Source: a virus
Lineage: Duplodnaviria > Heunggongvirae > Uroviricota > Caudoviricetes
Direction: 5' to 3' (one strand)
IMG/VR virus record: IMGVR_UViG_3300032665_000003
Length of the DNA: 22,778 nucleotides
Position 1 is the stretch's first letter; every line of letters starts with the position of its first letter. The notes beneath the pieces were generated by a model that did no database searches, was not told the DNA's origin, and worked only from the letters and a program-made list of their open reading frames with translations. The position numbers and the translations under genes were made by a program. Shown here one piece after another: positions 1-7,620 of this stretch.

Positions 1-144
1 TAACTTATCCGCTTTTTCCTTGAATCCGGGAGAGGCGTCAATCAATGCAGCCGGCTTTGTACCAGCAAGCATCAACTCAAGTTCCCGACCATGGTGAGGA
101 GCACGGTATGGTTCACTTGGAGAAAATATTTCAGCAATTCTCAT
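1..144 (-). CDS. Hypothetical protein, 3'-truncated by the window edge (MRIAEIFSPSEPYRAPHHGRELELMLAGTKPAAL...)
   Basis: Not in the ORF track. ATG at 144 follows the neck gene stop by 1 nt (TAA-C-ATG) and the frame is open to position 1. Confidence 0.75.
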   Translation of the reverse strand, partial: MRIAEIFSPSEPYRAPHHGRELELMLAGTKPAALIDASPGFKEKADKL

Positions 145-145
145 G

Positions 146-931
146 TTAACCTTGAATCCATGTCAGGGGTTGTGAATAATCCACATACTTCTTGAGTTCA
201 GTTAGCAGTCGTTCCATATCAGCCTTTGACTCTGCTTTCATAGCAGTACCGTTTAGGGTAGTTCCTCCACCTGGACCCACAACGGTGCTAAACTTTTCAC
301 GAGCTTCACCCATGATACCTTTAAGCACCGCAAGCATGAAGTCTCCGATCCAAACGCCGGCGCCCGGATCTTGTAAAAGAACAGCTTCTGGGCGTTGTAT
401 GTCAGCCCAAATAAGAATGCGTTCACCCGTACCTTTAAAATCACGAGTAATACGTAGGACCTTTGTTACCGGATCAAATGTGTATGTCAAGTATCCACCG
501 AACATACGTGCTGCTAGCTCAACGTATCCTGCATAGAAGTCATACGTCGCCATGCCGCCCGTATAGTTGTAATTCAACAAATACGTATTGAGAATTGCGC
601 TTGAGAATGGATCGAACGAAGATGACGATGGCCCTGTTTCTAAACCCACTGTTCTACGATACAAACAGCGCACGTTGATAAAGTCACTGGGTAGTGTATA
701 CGTGTCTACGTTTTTGATTACCGTCATCAGAGTATATGACTCTTGGGTCGCGTTTTGCGCACGTTGACGATAAGTTTTGATCGTATAGTTGTACGCAGCC
801 TCATAGTGCTGCGGATCAATTTCTAGGTCGATTATATCTCCGCCTAAACGCAGTCTGATATTTTCAAAGAACGCTTCTTTGATTTCTTCAAGATTGTAGT
901 TTGTCGGTGTTGATAGAATGCTTGCGGTCAT
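146..931 (-). CDS. Neck protein, T4 gp13-like
   Basis: 261 aa. The N-terminal IRLRLGGDIIDLEIDPQHYE pattern and the C-terminal IMGEAREKF...GGGTTLNG pattern match gp13-like neck proteins as I recall them. Late promoter and AGGA SD upstream. Confidence 0.75.
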   Translation of the reverse strand: MTASILSTPTNYNLEEIKEAFFENIRLRLGGDIIDLEIDPQHYEAAYNYTIKTYRQRAQNATQESYTLMTVIKNVDTYTLPSDFINVRCLYRRTVGLETGPSSSSFDPFSSAILNTYLLNYNYTGGMATYDFYAGYVELAARMFGGYLTYTFDPVTKVLRITRDFKGTGERILIWADIQRPEAVLLQDPGAGVWIGDFMLAVLKGIMGEAREKFSTVVGPGGGTTLNGTAMKAESKADMERLLTELKKYVDYSQPLTWIQG

Positions 932-932
932 G

Positions 933-968
933 TGCGTTTCCTGTTGATAGTATTTATCAGGAAACGCA
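933..968 (-). promoter_or_regulatory. Late promoter GATAAATA (951-958) inside an 11-bp perfect hairpin whose 3' arm contains the neck gene SD
   Basis: Arms tgcgtttcctg (933-943) and caggaaacgca (958-968) are exact reverse complements. The 14-nt loop holds ATAAATA on the minus strand. Confidence 0.85.
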
Positions 969-979
969 TACCGCAGCTC

Positions 980-1225
980 CTATTCAAACATAAAAGCGTC
1001 TTCTGGCTTATATTTTTCTTCTAAAACAGTAGCAATGGATTCAAGTTCGTTAATCAACTTTTCATTCAGAGTAAAGTAGCCTGATTGTAGATCAAACAAA
1101 ACCTTATACTTTGATAGATCCTTAGCAAATTCGCTCCTACGAATGTCATAGATGTTTTCCTCAAACCATTTCATTCGTTTAGCTACTACGATGGCTCGTA
1201 GGTTCAGATGATCATCTTCAACCAT
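980..1225 (-). CDS. Small hypothetical early protein (about 81 aa)
   Basis: ORF track gives TTG at 1285, which overlaps the MazG gene. ATG at 1225 (MVEDDHL) lies 16 nt after the MazG stop and is more plausible. Confidence 0.65.
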   Translation of the reverse strand: MVEDDHLNLRAIVVAKRMKWFEENIYDIRRSEFAKDLSKYKVLFDLQSGYFTLNEKLINELESIATVLEEKYKPEDAFMFE

Positions 1226-1241
1226 TGCACTGCTTTCTGTG

Positions 1242-1691
1242 TTACAGATCACCGACTTGACGATTTTCGCTATAGAACGGATCAAATTCTCCGCCTGGAT
1301 AGCGAGATTCTAGCTTGTTGACGTTCTCTACGATAACATCATTTGGGTCAAGACCAAGAGCGCGACACGCATTTACCCAATACCAGATAACGTCCCCTAG
1401 CTCACGCTTCATGTGGAATACGTTTTCTTCGGTAAGAGGCTTTCCTTGAAAGAGAAGCTTCTTTAGGATTTCTTGGAATTCACCTGCTTCACTGCCCAGA
1501 CCTAGTCCCGAAGTGATTAGAAGCGGGACGTTAATGTTTGGGCCATTCTGCATTTCACCATTAGGGCCATAGTCTTCGAAGTTTTGATCCAGTTGGGCTA
1601 GACGCCGCTGAAACTCCTGCAGATCATTGCTTTCTTTGCTAGTTACAGCTTGTACAAAGTCCTTGTACTTGTTTAGGTCAATATTTTTCAT
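1242..1691 (-). CDS. mazG: MazG-like nucleoside triphosphate pyrophosphohydrolase
   Basis: Motifs LGSEAGEFQEILKK, KRELGDVIWY and ENVNKLESRY are typical of phage MazG-like all-alpha NTP-PPases. SD AAGGA. Confidence 0.88.
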   Translation of the reverse strand: MKNIDLNKYKDFVQAVTSKESNDLQEFQRRLAQLDQNFEDYGPNGEMQNGPNINVPLLITSGLGLGSEAGEFQEILKKLLFQGKPLTEENVFHMKRELGDVIWYWVNACRALGLDPNDVIVENVNKLESRYPGGEFDPFYSENRQVGDL

Positions 1692-1700
1692 CTTTTTTCC

Positions 1701-2948
1701 TTAATAAACTTTCAAAATAATCATCTTGTCGTTGAAGCGACCATTCGGGCACGTAGCGACAGCCTTGATGTCCTTGAAGAACTTGCGTGCAGCTGGACGA
1801 CTGCCCATCACAGCTTTGAGTTGCTCAGCCGGCTTGCGAACAGTCTTAACTTCACTGTCCTTTATGTCAAACCCGAGCAGAGTGTTGCCCTTCACAGACA
1901 GCACCTGACTGTAGTTATCGGCCACATAGTGATGCAGCTTTCGCTTTGCAGTGTCGTACACCCAGGCTTCGGTGCACCCATGAAGCTTAGAAGGATGCAG
2001 ACTGGTCAGATCAACCTTTGTGGCCTCATCCTTCAAGGTTTTGAGATACTTAAGCTTCGCAACGATCTTTTCAATCGGAACAGGCTTGCGGGTCCGAACA
2101 CCAGTAGCTTTAGTGGCTTTCTTAATAGCGATATACGCATTCAGATCATTGATGATTTGATCAATCATCTTGACGATGTTGCGAACTTGCATCTTAGAGA
2201 AGCGAGCGTAGCCTTCGACAAGTTGCTTGTCCCTACCATCCTGCAGATCGACGTATTCGGCACGAAGACGTTCCCAAGGCTTAATCAGCGTCGGAATATG
2301 TTGCGGAAGAACTTTGCGTTCGTCCAATTCTTTTTGGACTACCTTGTCCATACTAAACTCTTTGGGGCAGCCAGCAGCGATGAAGGAATCATACATACCT
2401 TCAATCTCAGCAGCAGCTTCGCTAGCACGCTCACGCATGATTTCTTGAACGTTTTGACGAGCGGGCTTGGCAGCAGATTCTTGTTCTGCTTTCTTTTCAG
2501 CATCTACGATCTGCTTACCCTTCTTCACAGCTTCATCAATCATACGACGAGTGTGTTCTGTAACTGGATACAGCTTGTCACCGGTACCAGGCAAAGCTTC
2601 CCAGTATTCTGCATGGGTCTTGTTGTAGTCCGGCATTCCTTGCCGAAGAAGCTTGCAGTTAATAGCGACACCAAAACCGATACTTTGAGTCTTTGCAGCA
2701 CGAATATCATTAACGTTATACTTATTATCCTTCATCCAAGCCCAAACATCGGGAAGAAGGTCAACCAACTTGTAATTTTCGTAGAAGAAGTCACGGGCCT
2801 TAAGTCGATTGAGGTGATAAACTTCACCGGACCAGGATTCCCAACCATCAAAGCTAGGACCAACAACCTTAGCTCCGCGCTTTACACGAGGGGCAGCTTT
2901 GACTGTCTTCTTAGTCCTACGAACAGTAGTCGTTTTAGCGCGAGCCAT
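1701..2948 (-). CDS. Hypothetical basic protein, 415 aa, resembling a family conserved in T4-like phages; function unknown
   Basis: Long ORF with Lys/Arg-rich termini, own sigma70 promoter and GGAGA SD. C-terminal WVYDTAKRKL...SVKGNTLLGFD...KTVRKPAEQL...PNGRFN looks conserved to me. Confidence 0.8.
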   Translation of the reverse strand: MARAKTTTVRRTKKTVKAAPRVKRGAKVVGPSFDGWESWSGEVYHLNRLKARDFFYENYKLVDLLPDVWAWMKDNKYNVNDIRAAKTQSIGFGVAINCKLLRQGMPDYNKTHAEYWEALPGTGDKLYPVTEHTRRMIDEAVKKGKQIVDAEKKAEQESAAKPARQNVQEIMRERASEAAAEIEGMYDSFIAAGCPKEFSMDKVVQKELDERKVLPQHIPTLIKPWERLRAEYVDLQDGRDKQLVEGYARFSKMQVRNIVKMIDQIINDLNAYIAIKKATKATGVRTRKPVPIEKIVAKLKYLKTLKDEATKVDLTSLHPSKLHGCTEAWVYDTAKRKLHHYVADNYSQVLSVKGNTLLGFDIKDSEVKTVRKPAEQLKAVMGSRPAARKFFKDIKAVATCPNGRFNDKMIILKVY

Positions 2949-2974
2949 TGGATATCTCCGTTGTCGATTGTTTG

Positions 2975-3002
2975 ATTATATATCAGTTGAAGTAGGAGTC
3001 AA
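2975..3002 (-). promoter_or_regulatory. sigma70-type early promoter TTGACT-N16-TATAAT
   Basis: -35 at 2997-3002 and -10 at 2975-2980 on the minus strand, upstream of the 415-aa gene. Confidence 0.75.
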
Positions 3003-3370
3003 CCGATATTAGCCATTTTCTTTTGTGTGAGTTCTCGGTGTTTTTCTTCGGTCATGCTTTGGTCGTTTAGATACCAATACCGAGTTCCATCCGCATCTTC
3101 AACCGCCGGGCCGTCTTCTCGGTGAAGTTGCCCGTTAAGATACCAATACCGAGTTCCGTTCGCATCTTCAACCGCCGGGCCGTCTTCTCGGTGAAGTTGC
3201 CCGTTAAGATACCAATACCGAGTTCCGTTCGCATCTTCAACCGCCGGGCCGCCTTCTCGGTGCCACTGCCCGTTTAGACACCACTCCCGATTTCCGAATA
3301 CGTCCACGTTAATAGTATACCCCTTAAGGATATACCACATCATTTGTTCATCAGATATCGGAGGTAGCAT
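2999..3370 (-). CDS. 23-aa tandem repeat protein (YLNGQLHREDGPAVEDANGTRYW; MORN-variant-like beta-hairpin repeat)
   Basis: 123 aa with three near-identical repeats plus capping segments. Confidence 0.85.
   Translation of the reverse strand: MLPPISDEQMMWYILKGYTINVDVFGNREWCLNGQWHREGGPAVEDANGTRYWYLNGQLHREDGPAVEDANGTRYWYLNGQLHREDGPAVEDADGTRYWYLNDQSMTEEKHRELTQKKMANIG
3069..3278. repeat. 69-bp tandem repeat, about 3 copies, coding
   Basis: Unit agataccaataccgagttcc... starts at 3069, 3138 and 3207. Confidence 0.95.
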
Positions 3371-3399
3371 GTCTGCTCTTTTAGGCTTTCTAGCCTATG

Positions 3400-3657
3400 T
3401 TAGATACTCGGTTTATCTCGATTGTTAGCCATTTCCTTGGCTTCTTCGGCCCGTCGGACCTTAGCTTCTTCGGCACTCATGACCTGAGTTTGAGAGGCAC
3501 GAACTTCTGCAAGTTCTTCTGCACTTAATCGTCCCATTACGTCGGTCAGAGCCATTTGGAGATAAGAAACAGTTCCTTCCCAGCCTTCAGGTTTATTAAT
3601 TTGCAAGCTCATGATTTGACCGTCAATTTGCTTTACGTACTCTTGATTCTTGTTCAT
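3400..3657 (-). CDS. Small hypothetical early protein (85 aa, MNKNQEYVKQ...)
   Basis: ATG at 3657 has an AGGAAA SD and lies downstream of a sigma70 promoter. The ORF-track start at 3714 lies in or upstream of that promoter. Confidence 0.75.
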   Translation of the reverse strand: MNKNQEYVKQIDGQIMSLQINKPEGWEGTVSYLQMALTDVMGRLSAEELAEVRASQTQVMSAEEAKVRRAEEAKEMANNRDKPSI

Positions 3658-3682
3658 CGTATTTCCTATTGAGTGAATGTTC

Positions 3683-3711
3683 AACTTAGCAGGGTACTGT
3701 AGACTTGTCAA
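3683..3711 (-). promoter_or_regulatory. sigma70-type early promoter TTGACA-N17-TAAGTT with extended -10 (TGc)
   Basis: Perfect -35 at 3706-3711, 17-bp spacer, -10 at 3683-3688. Heads the leftward early operon. Confidence 0.75.
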
Positions 3712-3732
3712 CATTTTTATCGTAGACCCGAC

Positions 3733-3740
3733 GATAAATA
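3733..3740 (+). promoter_or_regulatory. T4-type late promoter GATAAATA, 5 nt before ATG (leaderless)
   Basis: GATAAATA-aagat-ATG with no SD. Confidence 0.8.
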
Positions 3741-3745
3741 AAGAT

Positions 3746-5458
3746 ATGCCACGACTTAGTTTATACCGCCCGAATAAGCAGAACGATTATAGGTTCTTAG
3801 ACCGCACGATTTCAGAAATGTTAACGGTCGGCGGAACAGACCTGTATATCCATAAATATGCAGGAGTCACGAATCAAGGACCTTCTATAGATTACACGCA
3901 GCCGCAGTATGTAGATCCTGATCCGACTCAAATTCAGGATCTACTGTTTTTGGAAAACAGAGATAGAAAATACGACTCAAACATATATCGCCTGCGAGGG
4001 CACTATAATGTGCAGAATCTGGATTTTGATCTAAGTCAATTTGGACTTTTTCTGAATAACGACATCATTTTTATCACAGTTCACTATAACGATATGATTG
4101 ACATAATCGGTCGTAAACTGATGGTAGGAGATGTGTTGGAGTTGCCGCACTTGCTGGACTATAATCCTCTCAACGAAGCTATCCCTACTGCACTGAAACG
4201 TTTCATGCAAATAACAGATGCTAACTATGCAAGTGAAGGGTTTTCGCAAACATGGTTCCCGCATCTTTGGCGAATTAAGTGCGAGCCTCTAGTGAACTCT
4301 GAAGAATTTGCTGATATTCTTAACGCTCCAATTCAACAGGATAATTATTTAGGGGACTTTGATCCTACTAAAACCTATCCGCCGGGATATACCGTTACCT
4401 ACGGCGGTGTTGTTTATCAATCAACAACCGATGTTCCCGTCGGTACAACACCACCAAATGCAGCATACTGGGAAGTTGTGTCAGACGGCAGTTTGGCAGA
4501 TATTCTATCAACGTACAACAAAAATATTGCAATCAATGATGCCGCTTTAAAGGAAGCAGAGCGCTTGCTTCCAAAATCAGGACACGATACCAGCAATCTT
4601 TATATCGTACCTACTTATGGTACGTATGAGTCTAATGGAACGTTGTCCGATAAAATTAACCAACCTGCTCCGCCTATCAATCTTGCAGTAGACTTAAATA
4701 ATACGCCAGTAGCATATGGATCAGTCGTGATGATACGTGATCCTCGCTATAGAAATGCAGCGGCCGGAATTAAAGTTTCCAAAGAAGTAATGCAAAGTAT
4801 TTGGGACATGACCGCGGATATGGTCGGAATAGAAAAAATAGATTCGTTTGTTCAGGCACAATTGCAAGTGGTGGAGGTAGCTCCTCAAAGAACGGCGGGA
4901 GGATCAGGATCTGTCGAATCAGATAAATTACTCACTATTGAATCCTTAGGTATGGCGTATGGCCCGTACGGTACTGCTGATAACACATATGCTACAGCAG
5001 ACCAGGATCCTACTGCAACCGGATTTATCGGCGATATAACCATAAACATGGACTATCGTGCAGACTGTATTCCAGGTTATCAATATATCACTCGTTCTAC
5101 ACCTAGATCGTTCGGATATACGATGGGTTATTTGATAGGAGACGGCACTGCACCAAACGGTGAAGCGACTGGCGCCGGCATTTCGTTCCCGCAAAATCCA
5201 CAAGTCGGGGAATACTTCTTACGTATCGACTACTTACCGCAACTTCTATATCGTTGGGACGGAGTAATGTGGGTTAGAATCTCCGAAAATGTTCGAACAC
5301 AAACCGGATTCGAATCTAACGCAAACCAATCGTTGCTGTCAAGCTTTATTAATGATACCAATGAAATTTATGTAAATAATGAAGGGAAGCGTGTGCCAGA
5401 AGCGCAGCCTCTATCTTCAATTTTACAATTGACTCCCGACGTACCACCACCAGAATAA
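3746..5458 (+). CDS. Neck/head-completion protein, T4 gp14-like, with extra domains (570 aa)
   Basis: Start corrected to ATG 3746 (MPRLSLYRPNK). The N-terminal ~200 aa resembles gp14-like proteins, the gene lies directly before a gp15-like gene, and it has an internal CBM5/12-like segment (4358-4480). Confidence 0.7.
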   Translation: MPRLSLYRPNKQNDYRFLDRTISEMLTVGGTDLYIHKYAGVTNQGPSIDYTQPQYVDPDPTQIQDLLFLENRDRKYDSNIYRLRGHYNVQNLDFDLSQFGLFLNNDIIFITVHYNDMIDIIGRKLMVGDVLELPHLLDYNPLNEAIPTALKRFMQITDANYASEGFSQTWFPHLWRIKCEPLVNSEEFADILNAPIQQDNYLGDFDPTKTYPPGYTVTYGGVVYQSTTDVPVGTTPPNAAYWEVVSDGSLADILSTYNKNIAINDAALKEAERLLPKSGHDTSNLYIVPTYGTYESNGTLSDKINQPAPPINLAVDLNNTPVAYGSVVMIRDPRYRNAAAGIKVSKEVMQSIWDMTADMVGIEKIDSFVQAQLQVVEVAPQRTAGGSGSVESDKLLTIESLGMAYGPYGTADNTYATADQDPTATGFIGDITINMDYRADCIPGYQYITRSTPRSFGYTMGYLIGDGTAPNGEATGAGISFPQNPQVGEYFLRIDYLPQLLYRWDGVMWVRISENVRTQTGFESNANQSLLSSFINDTNEIYVNNEGKRVPEAQPLSSILQLTPDVPPPE

Positions 5459-5469
5459 TGAGATGTTAA

Positions 5470-6846
5470 GTGGCTGAATTCTTCTACGACAATCAAATCC
5501 GACGTTATCTAATCCAATTTGCTAAGATTTTTAGTTCTTGGAACGTCACTAAAGGAAAAGATCCTAACGGTAACAATATTATCGTTAGAATACCTGTCAT
5601 GTACGGGGATAGTAGCCGACAAGCTGCTACCATTATCGCCAACAACAGTGCGAGCAATCTACCTACGGCGCCGCTAATTACATATTATATCAGTGGATTA
5701 GAGTATAATCAAAAGTGGACTCAGGATCCCACGTTTGTTGATAGATTGAATGTGAGACAGCGTGCATATAATCAAGAAACCCAGACATATGACACTACGC
5801 AAGGACAAGCATTTACGATTGAGCGCTTGATGCCAGTGCCGTATACTCTAAGAATAACTGTTGACTTTTGGACTACCAACTATCAGCAGAAACTAGAAAT
5901 CATCGAACAGCTGGGGACACTATTCAATCCTGCTCTTGAAATTCAAAGCACTGATAACTTTATAGACTGGACTTCGTTGTCATCTGTGTTCCAAGACGGA
6001 CTTACATTCACTAGTCGTTCTATTCCTCAAGGTACAGGTAATCCTATCGACATCATGACTTGGAAGTTCTATATGCCTGTTTGGCTCTCGACTGCTGCTA
6101 AACTCAAGAAGATGGGAGTCATTCAAAAAATTATAGCATCTATCTATCAAGGTACTGCATTACAAGATGTTCAGGATGAAGACCTTCTATTGGGTACTAG
6201 ACAAAAAATTACGCCATATGGCTATAAGTTATTATTAATAGGCAATCAACTGCAACTTCTTCCGGCAGATGAGGCATTCTTTCCTAGTAATTCAGACCTT
6301 GAACAACCAATCAGTCCTAACACCGACTTGTATTGGTCTAGTTTACTAAATGTATACGGTACGGTAGTGCCGGGTATCTCGCAAATTTGGCTACAGAACC
6401 CATATATGGAAAATGACATTGTGGGGACTATCGTACCTAATCCAACGGATGACAGATTCTTGATCTATAATATTGATCCGGATACACTACCTCAAAACAC
6501 AATGCCACCAGTAGATAGTGTTATCAATCCATTACTAACTGGTCCTAATGCCGGGCTTCCGGGACCTACTACAAATAAAAGATATTTAATCGTTGAACAT
6601 ATCGGTCATACCGGTGACAGCACTATTGCTTGGGGAAATTTAGTAGCCAATGCAAATGACATCATCGAATATGATGCTGAAACGGGACAATGGTTTGTTG
6701 CATTTGATAGCCAAGCTTCTTCTGGTGTAGAATTTGTGACCAATCTAACCACAAACGTTCAGTATCGTTATGTAAACACTCAGGGAATGTGGATTAAATC
6801 TGTGGAGGGTTGGTATGATCAGGGTGACTATTCGATAGTCATTTAA
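5470..6846 (+). CDS. Tail sheath stabiliser / tail terminator, T4 gp15-like, with C-terminal extension
   Basis: GTG start. FFYDNQIRRYLIQFAKIFS, RIPVMYGD and IIEQLGTLFNP patterns are typical of gp15. Confidence 0.8.
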   Translation: MAEFFYDNQIRRYLIQFAKIFSSWNVTKGKDPNGNNIIVRIPVMYGDSSRQAATIIANNSASNLPTAPLITYYISGLEYNQKWTQDPTFVDRLNVRQRAYNQETQTYDTTQGQAFTIERLMPVPYTLRITVDFWTTNYQQKLEIIEQLGTLFNPALEIQSTDNFIDWTSLSSVFQDGLTFTSRSIPQGTGNPIDIMTWKFYMPVWLSTAAKLKKMGVIQKIIASIYQGTALQDVQDEDLLLGTRQKITPYGYKLLLIGNQLQLLPADEAFFPSNSDLEQPISPNTDLYWSSLLNVYGTVVPGISQIWLQNPYMENDIVGTIVPNPTDDRFLIYNIDPDTLPQNTMPPVDSVINPLLTGPNAGLPGPTTNKRYLIVEHIGHTGDSTIAWGNLVANANDIIEYDAETGQWFVAFDSQASSGVEFVTNLTTNVQYRYVNTQGMWIKSVEGWYDQGDYSIVI

Positions 6847-6865
6847 TATATCACCGATATATCAG

Positions 6866-6873
6866 ATTAAATA
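6866..6873 (+). promoter_or_regulatory. Late promoter ATTAAATA, 5 nt before ATG (leaderless)
   Basis: ATTAAATA-ccaat-ATG at 6879 with no SD. Confidence 0.65.
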
Positions 6874-6878
6874 CCAAT

Positions 6879-7286
6879 ATGACAATTATTCAAGCAGCAG
6901 GTGTGTTTTTCTACAGCACCTCTACTAATAGATACCTGTATCTATTGAGAGCCGACCAAAAAAATCCTACATGGAGTATACCGGGCGGAAAAATAGAAAA
7001 AACTGAAACCCTGTATGAAGGGATCCAACGAGAATGTACTGAAGAAATAGGAATGTTTAATCCATTATGGAAGCTCATTCCAATTCAAAAATTTGTGAAT
7101 AACTCATTCACATATAATACATTTTTTTGTGAAGTTACAGAAGAATTTATTCCGGTGTTGAACGACGAACACGTGGGATATGCTTGGGTTAAAGAAGGAC
7201 AGTACCCTAAACCATTACATCCTGGTTTATTTTCTACTGTCAATATTGATATCGTTAATGAAAAACTAAGATCGCTTGAAAAATAA
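6879..7286 (+). CDS. NUDIX hydrolase
   Basis: Intact Nudix box G-KIEKT-E-TLYEGIQ-RE-CT-EE-IG (GX5EX7REUXEEXG). Confidence 0.92.
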   Translation: MTIIQAAGVFFYSTSTNRYLYLLRADQKNPTWSIPGGKIEKTETLYEGIQRECTEEIGMFNPLWKLIPIQKFVNNSFTYNTFFCEVTEEFIPVLNDEHVGYAWVKEGQYPKPLHPGLFSTVNIDIVNEKLRSLEK

Positions 7287-7607
7287 TTAGTGCATACCTA
7301 ATAATTTGCCCAGTACTGGCCAACCCATTGCTCCTGCCAGTACACTTGCTCCCATAATCATCCATTTCCACTTTTCTAAAGCGGTGATTTTGGTTGCCAT
7401 TTCTTTGTGAGCCTTAACATTTTCAATTTGATATTCTTTAATAAGCGTTTGAGTATCTTCTATGTGCTTATCTATATGAGTGCGAAGGTCCTTCAAGTCA
7501 GTTTTCAAATCACTGACTTTTTCATCAATGTTTTTGTACTTTACCTGAAGGACCGCAACTTCGGTTTCGGTCTGATTTAATTGCTCAACTGAAGTTTGAA
7601 TCGCCAT
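7287..7607 (-). CDS. Coiled-coil protein with C-terminal transmembrane helix; putative holin (XhlA-like)
   Basis: Heptad-rich N-terminus, then LEKWKWMIMGASVLAGAMGWPVLGKLL. Located in a late operon. Confidence 0.5.
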   Translation of the reverse strand: MAIQTSVEQLNQTETEVAVLQVKYKNIDEKVSDLKTDLKDLRTHIDKHIEDTQTLIKEYQIENVKAHKEMATKITALEKWKWMIMGASVLAGAMGWPVLGKLLGMH

Positions 7608-7620
7608 AGTATTCTACGCC

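Noticed and set aside
1821-2975. 384-aa plus-strand ORF
   Set aside because: Codon-aligned antisense shadow of the 415-aa gene, explained by that gene's avoidance of TTA/CTA/TCA. No SD or promoter seen and no recognisable motifs.
3069-3278. CRISPR array or DGR template/variable repeat
   Set aside because: Units are contiguous, in frame and have no spacers. Differences are not adenine-specific, and there is no reverse transcriptase or cas operon in the window.
3382-3397. 6-bp hairpin taggct/agccta between early genes
   Set aside because: No U-tract and it does not cover the SD. Possibly a stabilising stem but unsupported.
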